64,000 nt of DNA, taken from assembly GCA_965262725.1 (NCBI GenBank), contig OZ253555.1, positions 2,304,001 through 2,368,000 of the forward strand, in the 5' to 3' direction. The translations under genes were made by a program, and so were the position numbers. This DNA is from Dehalococcoidia bacterium (lineage in GTDB: Bacteria > Chloroflexota > Dehalococcoidia > UBA2979). This document shows, one piece after another, positions 19,365-27,144 of the stretch; position 1 is the stretch's first letter; every line of letters begins with the position of its first letter. The notes beneath the pieces were generated by a model. That model had not been told where the DNA came from. It did not search any database and saw nothing but the letters and a program-made list of their open reading frames with translations.

Positions 19365-20018
19365 TCAGCCGGAGCTCGCGCCCCCTCCGCGCGTTGCCTG
19401 CCGCTCAAGGACCGAGCGCAGCAGTGCCTCGAGCCCGGTCGCGGCGGGGTCGGCGCGGAGCGCCTGGTCGACCAGACGCTCCGCCTCGCGGCGCCCGTAC
19501 TGCAGGGCGATCAGGGCGTCGACCGCGTCCTCGCGGAGCTCGTTCGCCGCGGCCCCGCGCGGGCGGCCGGACGTGTAGGGCTCCTCGGGGCCCAGCGCCG
19601 CCTCGATCAGCCGCCCCCGCAGCCTGGCGACGATGGTCTGCGCCAGCCTGGGGCCGATGCCAGGAAGACGCTGCAGGGCGTGGACGTCCTCGGACTCCAC
19701 CCAGCGCGCGATCTCCGGGACCGGGTGCGTGAGCGCGCGCACCGCCTTCACCGGTCCGACATCGGGGACCTCGATGAAGATCCGGAAGAAGTTGCGGTCG
19801 GCTGCGCGCGGGAAGCCGACGAGGAGCGGCTGGGGACTCCGCTCCGAGACGTGGTAGTAGGTGTGGAGGTGGATCTCCGCGCCCTCGGCATGTCCGGCCA
19901 CCCATTCCGCGGCGAACGCCGGCACGACGACCTCGTAGATGACGCCCGAGACGTCCACCCAGGCGGTCGCCGTCGGCTCGTCCCAGCGCGCGAGAGCGCC
20001 GCGCAGCCCCGCGATCAC
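19365..20018 (-). CDS. ruvA: Holliday junction branch migration protein RuvA
   Basis: [17 protein letters not shown], HhH motifs VPDVGPVKA and [20 protein letters not shown]; GTG overlaps the ruvC stop. Confidence 0.9.
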   Translation of the reverse strand: MIAGLRGALARWDEPTATAWVDVSGVIYEVVVPAFAAEWVAGHAEGAEIHLHTYYHVSERSPQPLLVGFPRAADRNFFRIFIEVPDVGPVKAVRALTHPVPEIARWVESEDVHALQRLPGIGPRLAQTIVARLRGRLIEAALGPEEPYTSGRPRGAAANELREDAVDALIALQYGRREAERLVDQALRADPAATGLEALLRSVLERQATRGGGASSG

Positions 20019-20560
20019 GGTCGGCCGCTCGCCCGAAGTCGGGCGTCGAGCCGCGCCTCCGCGAGCCGCGTCAGAGCGATGGCGATCGCATCCGAGACGT
20101 CGAGAGGCGAGGGCGGCTCGTCCAGGGCGAGCTGCAGAATCACCATCGCACGCACCTGCTCCTTCGGCGCACCGCCGTACCCCGCGACCGCCTCCTTCAC
20201 CTCGGTCGGCGCATAGGTGAACACCGGAAGCCCGGCCGCCGCGGCCGCGATCATCGCGGCCGCTCGCGCCTCTCCGATCGCCATCGCGGAGCGAACGTTC
20301 TCCGCTACGAACTGCTGCTCGATCGCCACCTCCCGGGGCCCGTGCTCCGCGATGCGGGCGGCCAGTCCCTCGGCGATCCGGTGGAGGCGCACCGAGCGCT
20401 CGTCGGCAGCTCGCGTGCGGAGCGCGCCCGACGCCACCAGCCGCGGCTGGTGTGGACCGCCTTCGAGCACCGCCCACCCGGTCACCGCGAGGCCGGGGTC
20501 GACCCCGAGCACGCGGCCGCCGGCCTCCACCCCGGGCGCGACGCCCGCATCCGCGCTCAC
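20015..20560 (-). CDS. ruvC: Crossover junction endodeoxyribonuclease RuvC
   Basis: VLGVDPGLAVTGW, AIEQQF, VKEAVAGYGGAPKEQV, DVSDAIAIA. Confidence 0.95.
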   Translation of the reverse strand: MSADAGVAPGVEAGGRVLGVDPGLAVTGWAVLEGGPHQPRLVASGALRTRAADERSVRLHRIAEGLAARIAEHGPREVAIEQQFVAENVRSAMAIGEARAAAMIAAAAAGLPVFTYAPTEVKEAVAGYGGAPKEQVRAMVILQLALDEPPSPLDVSDAIAIALTRLAEARLDARLRASGRP

Positions 20561-20640
20561 CTCATCGTGCGTGTTCGCCGGGATGGTGCCGGCGGCGCTT
20601 CCCTCCGACTGCGTCCCGCGCGCACGCGCGGTCCCGGGGC

Positions 20641-21390
20641 TCAGCCCGCCGCCTCCAGCACGCCGGCAGGGAAGTCGGCGTTCGAGTAGACGCGCGAGAC
20701 GTCATCGAGCTCGTCGAGCCGATCGAGCAGGCGCAACATCTGCTCCCCCGCCTTCTCGTCGAGCGTCACCGTGCTCTGGGGAACACGCGCGATCTCGGCG
20801 CGCACGACCTCGAAGCCGGCCTCGACGAGCCGATCGCGGATGCCCTCCAGCTCGCCGGGCCCGGTCACGACCTCGACCTCCCCGTCGTCGACCGAGATGT
20901 CGTCGGCTCCCGCCTCGATCGCGGCGAGCTGCACCTCGTCGGGATCGGTGCCGGCCGCGGAGACCGCGAGCAGCCCACGCAGGTCGAACTGCCACGAGAC
21001 GGCGCCCGCGTCCGCGAGGTTGCCGCCGCCGCGCGTGAAGGCGAGGCGCACCTCCGCGACGGTGCGGTTGCGATTGTCGGTGACGGTCTCCACGAGCACC
21101 GCGGTGCCCCCCGGGCCGTAGCCCTCGTACGTGGCCTCCACCAGGTGGGCGCCGTCACCCCCGCCGACTGCGCGCTGGATCGCGCGCTCGATGTTGGCGT
21201 TGGGCATGTTGGCGTCTCTGGCGCGCTGCATCGCGAGCCGAAGCGCCGAGTTCGTCGTCGGATCGGCGCTCGATCCCTTGGTCGCCGCGACCGTGATCTC
21301 TCGCGCGAGCTTGGTGAAGAGCTGGCCGCGCTTCGCGTCGAGCGCGCCCTTCTTGTGCTTGATCGAGGACCACTTGGAGTGTCCGGACAC
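20641..21390 (-). CDS. yebC: YebC/PmpR family protein
   Basis: MSGHSKWSSIKHKK, YEGYGPGG, TDNRNRT, DDVSRVYSN. Confidence 0.95.
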   Translation of the reverse strand: MSGHSKWSSIKHKKGALDAKRGQLFTKLAREITVAATKGSSADPTTNSALRLAMQRARDANMPNANIERAIQRAVGGGDGAHLVEATYEGYGPGGTAVLVETVTDNRNRTVAEVRLAFTRGGGNLADAGAVSWQFDLRGLLAVSAAGTDPDEVQLAAIEAGADDISVDDGEVEVVTGPGELEGIRDRLVEAGFEVVRAEIARVPQSTVTLDEKAGEQMLRLLDRLDELDDVSRVYSNADFPAGVLEAAG

Positions 21391-21461
21391 CGTGCCCCTC
21401 CGGGACGCCGGCCGCCGGATCGCGGCCGCGACCTATGCTAGCGGCGCGGCCGGTCGGGGCG

Positions 21462-22319
21462 CTACGGCCTGAGCCTGACATTGTCGATGAGGCGGGTCCC
21501 GCCGACCCGGGCGGCGAGCGAGAGCACGGCCTCCCCGGGGACCTCGCCGTCTAGCTCCCCGCTCATCCCGGCATCGGCGAGCGAGATGTAGTCGAGGACG
21601 GCGAGCGGCTGCGAGGAGACGCAATCCGCGACGATCCGGCGCAGCTGTGCCGCGTCGCGCACGCCGTCAGCGAAGGCCGCTTCCGCTGCGCGCAGGCCGG
21701 TCGAGAGAGAGCGCGCCTGCCCGCGCTCCTCCGGCGAGAGGTAGACGTTGCGCGACGAGAGCGCGATCCCGTCCGGGTCACGCACCGTGGGGCACGCGAC
21801 CACCTGGACCGGGAGTGCGAGGTCGGAGACGAGCCGGCGGATCACGGCGAGCTGCTGAGCGTCCTTCTCCCCGAAATAGGCGCGATCCGGAGTGATGATC
21901 GAGAGCAGCACCGTCACGACCGTCGCGACGCCCGTGAAGTGTCCCGGGCGGGAGACGCCCTCTGGCCGCTCCTCCGCGCCGGCGACCGTGACCGTCGTGG
22001 CGTGACCCGGCGGGTAGATCTCCTCGAGCGCGGGGGCGAAGAGAAGGTCGACTCCTGCCTCGGCGAAGAGCCGGGCGTCGCGCTCCTCGTCCCGGGGGTA
22101 GTTCGCGAAGTCCTCCTTCGGTCCGAACTGCGCCGGGTTGACGAAGAGGGAGGCGACGACCGAGGCGCACTCTCCGCGCGCGCGACCCACCAGAGAGAGG
22201 TGCCCCTCGTGCAGCCCTCCCATCGTCGGCACCAGACCGACCGGCGGCTCGAGCACTCCCCGCGCGGCACGTACCTCGCCGATGGTGCGGACGAGCTGCA
22301 TCTTCCCGGCGGCGGGCAT
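21462..22319 (-). CDS. panC: Pantoate--beta-alanine ligase
   Basis: VPTMGGLHEGHLSL, FVNPAQF, RPGHFTGV, FGEKDAQQ, SSRNVYL, RLIDN. Confidence 0.96.
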   Translation of the reverse strand: MPAAGKMQLVRTIGEVRAARGVLEPPVGLVPTMGGLHEGHLSLVGRARGECASVVASLFVNPAQFGPKEDFANYPRDEERDARLFAEAGVDLLFAPALEEIYPPGHATTVTVAGAEERPEGVSRPGHFTGVATVVTVLLSIITPDRAYFGEKDAQQLAVIRRLVSDLALPVQVVACPTVRDPDGIALSSRNVYLSPEERGQARSLSTGLRAAEAAFADGVRDAAQLRRIVADCVSSQPLAVLDYISLADAGMSGELDGEVPGEAVLSLAARVGGTRLIDNVRLRP

Positions 22320-22321
22320 GG

Positions 22322-23290
22322 TTAGTCGCGGTCGGCTGATCCGCCGCCCGCCGGATCCGAGCCGCGCGGGCCGTACAGCTCGGCACGCTCCGCCTCGGGT
22401 CCCTCGGCGGCGGCGGGGGGCGCGTCCTCGGGCGGCCCCCCGGCGTTCTGCCGCGTCATCCGCTCGATGAGCGCGAGCGCGCGCTCGTCCATGTAGAAGG
22501 ACTCCGCGGCGGCGGGGAAGGATCCGTCGGCGACCGCCTCCCGGTAGGAGGTGAGCGCCTCGCGTGCCAGGCGGGCCCCCTCCATGAAGCGGCGGGCGTG
22601 CTTCGGCTCGAAGTCCTCGTAGAGGCCAAGCATGTCGTGCAGCACCTGGACCTGGCCGCTGCAGAAGGGCCCCGCGCCGATCCCGATGGTGGGGACGCGC
22701 ACTCGCTCGGTGATCATGTGGGCGAGCGCGGTGGGGATCGTCTCGAGGACGACCGCGTAGGCGCCGGCCTCCTCGAGCGACTTCGCGTCCGAGATCAGGC
22801 GCACGCCGTCACGGGGCGTCTTGCCCTGGACGCGGAATCCGCCGAGCTGGTGGACCGACTGCGGCGTGAGGCCGATGTGCCCCATCACGGGAATCCCGGC
22901 CTCCACGAGCCGCCGTACGGTCTCGGCGATGCGGGTTCCCCCCTCAAGCTTCACGGCGCCGGCGCCCGTCTCGCTCAGGACGCGCGTCGCCGCGCGCATC
23001 GCGTCCTGCCAGCCGGTCTGGTACGTGCCGAACGGGAGGTCGACGACGACGTGCGCGCGCTGCGCTCCCCGCATCACGGCCCGCGCGTGGTGAATCATGT
23101 CGTCGAGCGTGACAGGGAGCGTCGAGTCATAGCCGAGCACGACCATCCCGAGGCTGTCCCCCACGAGGATCGCCGGGATCTCCGCCTCGTCGGCGAGCTT
23201 CGCCGAGGGGTAGTCGTAGGCCGTGACCATCGCGATCGGCTCGCCGCGATCCCGCATGCGCTGGAGATCGACAGTCGTGAGGCGCCTCAC
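22322..23290 (-). CDS. panB: 3-methyl-2-oxobutanoate hydroxymethyltransferase
   Basis: MVTAYD, ILVGDSLGM, VKLEGG, GHIGLTPQS, TIGIGAG. Confidence 0.96.
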   Translation of the reverse strand: MRRLTTVDLQRMRDRGEPIAMVTAYDYPSAKLADEAEIPAILVGDSLGMVVLGYDSTLPVTLDDMIHHARAVMRGAQRAHVVVDLPFGTYQTGWQDAMRAATRVLSETGAGAVKLEGGTRIAETVRRLVEAGIPVMGHIGLTPQSVHQLGGFRVQGKTPRDGVRLISDAKSLEEAGAYAVVLETIPTALAHMITERVRVPTIGIGAGPFCSGQVQVLHDMLGLYEDFEPKHARRFMEGARLAREALTSYREAVADGSFPAAAESFYMDERALALIERMTRQNAGGPPEDAPPAAAEGPEAERAELYGPRGSDPAGGGSADRD

Positions 23291-23352
23291 GACACGCCCT
23301 CGGCACAGCGGCCCCGGTGCCCACCCTCGATACGGCTTCTCGTCATGGCGGC

Positions 23353-23415
23353 TCCGTCTCGGTCTCGTCGATCCAAGCGGATGTGTCCTGCGGCCGGACC
23401 GGTCGTCCCCGGCGA
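23353..23415 (-). promoter_or_regulatory. pan RNA motif (cis-regulatory leader of panBC)
   Basis: Stem CCGCTTGGATC-GACGA-GACCGAGACGG with two bulged A residues, about 60 nt upstream of panB; matches my recollection of the pan motif. Confidence 0.65.
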
Positions 23416-23550
23416 ACGCGGCGCCCGTACGCGCCCCGCCGCACTCCCTCGCCGCCGCTCGCGCGGTCGGCGGGCTCGGACTGCCGCTCCGGCGCGCCGA
23501 GTATCGAAAGCGACGGCCCGACTGTCAACGTGCCGCCCGCCCGGTGCCCG

Positions 23551-24606
23551 TCACGCGGAGGCGGCGGGCACCCCGTGAAGAGCGGTCGCGAGGCGCACGG
23601 CGCGCAGCACGGCCCGCTCCACGGCGCGCGCGGCGAGCGCCTCGAGCGCCACGATGCGTCCCGGCGCCAGCTCCACCGCCCCCGTCGCGAGCCCGAAGAC
23701 GGTATCGCCGTCCCCGCGCGTGTGCGCCGGCAGGATCGTTCGCGCGAGGCCAGCGTGTGCGGCGCTCGCGAGCACGCTTGCCTGCGCCTTGGTGAGCCGC
23801 GCGTCGGTCGCCACGACGGCGAGCGTCGTGTTCTCCGGAGGGGCCGAGGCGACCGGAGGGCGTGCGCCCGAGCGCAGGAGCTCGATCGGATCGGACACGC
23901 CGTCCTCCGCCGGCCGCGGCGCGGCGACGCTCTCGCCGGTGGCGGGGTCGATGATCGCGCCGAGCGCGTTCACGGCGACGAGCGCCGCGACCACGATCTC
24001 CGGGTGCCGGGCGCCCGGTACGGCCTGAAACCGCTCGCTCGCCGTCCCCAGTCCCCCCTTCGCGCAGCGCTCGGCGCCGGCCACCTTCGCCACGGTCGCG
24101 CCCGTCCCGGCGCCGACCGAGCCCTCCGCGACGCGGCCGCCCCGGGCCGCGCGCGCCGCGCGGTATCCCTCCTCCGGGCCGGGTGACCAGGGGCGGCCGA
24201 CCGAGAGGTCGTAGAGGATGGCGCCGGGAACGATCGGTATCCGCCTCGGAGCCTCGCGCGGGCCGACCGGGAAACCCACGTCCCGCTCCTGGAGCAGGCG
24301 TACGACTCCGTCGGCCGCGGCGAGCCCGGGAGCGGAGCCGCCGGCGAGGACGATCGCATGCACCTCTTCCACGAGCGTGCCCGGGCGCAGCAGGTCGGTC
24401 TCGCGCGTGCCGGGCGCCCCGCCGCGCACGTCGACGCCCCCCACCGTCCCGGGCGGGGTGAGCACGACGGTCACGCCGGTCGCGCGGCGCCGGCTGCTCC
24501 AGTGGCCGACGCGAATCCCCGCGACGTCGGTGATGCGCCCCTCGTCCCGGGGCGGCGAGGCGCCGCGCGGGCGCGGGCCCGCGGTGGAGGCGCGGTCCGC
24601 CGGCAT
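23551..24606 (-). CDS. P1/S58 (DmpA-like) peptidase
   Basis: ITDVAGIRVGH, DVRGGAPGTRETDLL, GSVGAGTGA, ENTTLAVVATDA, PAHTRGDGDTVF. Confidence 0.9.
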   Translation of the reverse strand: MPADRASTAGPRPRGASPPRDEGRITDVAGIRVGHWSSRRRATGVTVVLTPPGTVGGVDVRGGAPGTRETDLLRPGTLVEEVHAIVLAGGSAPGLAAADGVVRLLQERDVGFPVGPREAPRRIPIVPGAILYDLSVGRPWSPGPEEGYRAARAARGGRVAEGSVGAGTGATVAKVAGAERCAKGGLGTASERFQAVPGARHPEIVVAALVAVNALGAIIDPATGESVAAPRPAEDGVSDPIELLRSGARPPVASAPPENTTLAVVATDARLTKAQASVLASAAHAGLARTILPAHTRGDGDTVFGLATGAVELAPGRIVALEALAARAVERAVLRAVRLATALHGVPAASA

Positions 24607-24610
24607 GCCC

Positions 24611-25561
24611 CTAGCCCGCGAAGGCGATAGGCAGCCGGGCCGGGACGGCGATGTCGACGAAGGCACCGACGCGCCGGAGGTACTCCTCCGGGTGCTCGAG
24701 GAAGGCGCCGCAATGGCCCGCCTCCGGCGCGACCCACACCTCGTGCCGCCTGCTGAGCGAGGCCGCCGCGATGTTCAGGGTCTGATGCGGCGGGATGTGT
24801 TCGTCCAGTTCCCCGCAGACGAACAGGATCGGGACCGCCTCGGCCCGCGCCACCGCGGCCATCGGATCGAGGGCGTCGACGTCGGCGTCGAAGATCCTGC
24901 GGGCGAGCACGCAGGCGAGCGCGAAGAGGTAGCCCGGCACGCGGGAGTGCTGCCACCGCCGCTGCTCGCGCATGGACGCGATGGGTGAATCCGCGATCAC
25001 CGCCGCGACCGGGCTCTCGGCGACCGCGACGGCTTCGAGCGCGAGCGAGGCGCCGAGCCCAAAGCCGTGGAGCAGCACGGGAATCTCTGGAGCCCGGCGG
25101 GTCGCGTAGGTGATCGCCGCGACCACGTCCACGAGCTCCGGCCCGCCGAGCCGGTCCCGGCCGCCGGGGGATTCTCCGCGCCCGCGCAGGTCGAAGGCGA
25201 GCACGTGGAAGCCGCGACGCACGTACTCGTGCTCGAGCTCGAGCAGCCCATGGCTCTCGTCGGCCCGCGTTCCGTCGCTGTCGTGCACCACGGTGACGGT
25301 CGCCCGCGCGCCCGGCGCCTCGATGAACCAGCCACGCAGCGGCACGCGGTCGGCGGTGTGGAAGCGCACGTCCTGGTAGCGCAGCCCCGCGTCGCCCGGC
25401 GTGCCGCGTACGCGACGGCGCGGCGATCTGGTCAGCACGTTGGCCAGGCACAGCGCGGCTGCAACGTGCGCGAGCACGGCGATCGCAAGAACGACACTGA
25501 CAAGCGCCAGCATCACCATGAACATCCACCCCGCCCGGACGGCCCGGATGCGTACCGCCAA
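24611..25561 (-). CDS. Membrane-anchored alpha/beta-fold hydrolase
   Basis: N-terminal TM; LRGWF, FDLRGRGES, GFGLG at the nucleophile elbow (no Ser, may be inactive), GELDEHIP, EAGH. Confidence 0.75.
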   Translation of the reverse strand: MAVRIRAVRAGWMFMVMLALVSVVLAIAVLAHVAAALCLANVLTRSPRRRVRGTPGDAGLRYQDVRFHTADRVPLRGWFIEAPGARATVTVVHDSDGTRADESHGLLELEHEYVRRGFHVLAFDLRGRGESPGGRDRLGGPELVDVVAAITYATRRAPEIPVLLHGFGLGASLALEAVAVAESPVAAVIADSPIASMREQRRWQHSRVPGYLFALACVLARRIFDADVDALDPMAAVARAEAVPILFVCGELDEHIPPHQTLNIAAASLSRRHEVWVAPEAGHCGAFLEHPEEYLRRVGAFVDIAVPARLPIAFAG

Positions 25562-25631
25562 GCGTCGCGCACACTACTACTGCGGGGCCCCCGCCTCAAG
25601 CCCGGCGGCGCGGCCAGAGAGAAGCGGCGCC

Positions 25632-26258
25632 TCAGCGTACGGCGAGGACGGCGAGCACGAGGCCTGCGACGATGAAGAGCGCCCCCGACAGGCGCTCGAC
25701 GGCCGGCCCGGGGAGCAGGCGCGCGAGGCGCACGCCGGCGACGATCGCGAGCGCGTCGGCCGCCGTCATCCCCGCCGCTGCTCCCAGCCAGACGAGCAGC
25801 CCCCGACCGGGATCGACGCCGGCGAGGGAGATCGTCGCGAGCTGCGTCTTGTCCCCGAGCTCGGCGACGGTGAGCCCGACGACGAGCACCGCTCCCAGGA
25901 CGAGCGGAGCCCACCTCGTGTCGGCGCGGCGCGCCCTGGCGAGGAGCGCCGGCACGCCGTGCTCAGGCTCCCCGGCCCCGTCGTCCTCCCCGCCGGCGAA
26001 CGAGGCGTGCACGGTCCAGGCTCCCACCGCGACGAAGAGGAGGGCCGACCCCGCCTCCGCCAGGCGTCGCGGCAGTATCTCGCCGGCGGTGGCGCCGATC
26101 AGGACGGCCGCTCCCATGATCAGGGCGGCGGAGAGCGCGACCGCGGGGAGCAGCACGGCGATGCGCGCTCGCGCCGCCACCACCAGGACGAGCAGCATCG
26201 ACTTGTCGCCGAGCTCGGCGAGGAAGATGAGGGCGAAGCTCGAGGCGAGCGTTCCCAC
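25632..26258 (-). CDS. TMEM165/GDT1 (UPF0016) family Mn2+/Ca2+ transporter
   Basis: Two copies of the family motif: AELGDKS and AELGDKTQ. Confidence 0.92.
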   Translation of the reverse strand: MGTLASSFALIFLAELGDKSMLLVLVVAARARIAVLLPAVALSAALIMGAAVLIGATAGEILPRRLAEAGSALLFVAVGAWTVHASFAGGEDDGAGEPEHGVPALLARARRADTRWAPLVLGAVLVVGLTVAELGDKTQLATISLAGVDPGRGLLVWLGAAAGMTAADALAIVAGVRLARLLPGPAVERLSGALFIVAGLVLAVLAVR

Positions 26259-26262
26259 GGTG

Positions 26263-27102
26263 CTAGCGCCGCTGGCAGCCGGGGCAGAGATGCGTTCCGC
26301 GGCCTCCGACGCGTCGCTTCACGATGGTCGCGCCGCAGCGCCGGCACGCCTGCCCCTCGCGCCGGAAGACGGCGACCCGCACGGTGTGGAGCCCCTCGGC
26401 GCCCAGGCCGTCGCGGTAGTCGCTGAAGCTCGACCCGCGATCGGCGATCGACGCGTGAAGCGCCTCGCCCACGGCGGCATGGAGCCGTGCGACCCGCCTC
26501 GCGCCGAGCCGGTTCGACGGCGTGCGCGGGTCGATCCGCGCCCGCCAGCAGGCCTCGTCGGCGTAGATGTTGCCGACGCCGGCCGCGACCGCCTGGTCGA
26601 GCAGCGCCGACTTCACCGCCGCCGAACGCCGCGCGAGCGCCCGTCTCAGCCATCCCGCCGTGAACGCCTCCGAGAGCGCGTCGGGTCCCGCGCGCGGGAA
26701 GGCATCACGCGCCTCGTCGACCAGGTGCCACGTGGCGAACTTGCGCACGTCCCGCAGCGAGAGAGCGGCGCCGTCGTCGAACTCGGCTCGGGCCCGCTCG
26801 TAGCGGGCGCCCGACTCTGCCGCACTCGCGTCCACCCCGTCCGGCTCGTGCACCAGCGACCCGGTCATCCGAAGGTGGATCACCCAGTGGCGGCCGTCGT
26901 CAAGTCCCAGGAGCAGGTACTTCCCGTGGCGGCCGACATCGCGGATGAGGCGGCCCTGAAGGGCCTGCTCCATCGCCCGCGGGGCGTGGGTGACGGCGAG
27001 CCGCTCCGCTCCGGGGTGGATGGACACGCACTCGACCCTCCGCCCGGCGATTCGGGGCGCGAGGTCGCGCCGGATCGTCTCGATCTCGGGCAGCTCAGGC
27101 AC
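26263..27102 (-). CDS. mutM: Formamidopyrimidine-DNA glycosylase
   Basis: PELPEIE N-terminus, HLRMTG, AGVGNIYADE, C-terminal CRRC...CPGCQ zinc finger. Confidence 0.96.
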   Translation of the reverse strand: MPELPEIETIRRDLAPRIAGRRVECVSIHPGAERLAVTHAPRAMEQALQGRLIRDVGRHGKYLLLGLDDGRHWVIHLRMTGSLVHEPDGVDASAAESGARYERARAEFDDGAALSLRDVRKFATWHLVDEARDAFPRAGPDALSEAFTAGWLRRALARRSAAVKSALLDQAVAAGVGNIYADEACWRARIDPRTPSNRLGARRVARLHAAVGEALHASIADRGSSFSDYRDGLGAEGLHTVRVAVFRREGQACRRCGATIVKRRVGGRGTHLCPGCQRR

Positions 27103-27144
27103 GGCGCCCATGCCCGCCCCGCGGCACGCCGGCGCTGCGTGGCG

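Noticed and set aside
26258-26300. yybP-ykoY Mn riboswitch upstream of the GDT1 gene
   Set aside because: The gene starts 4 bp after the mutM stop, leaving no room for a leader
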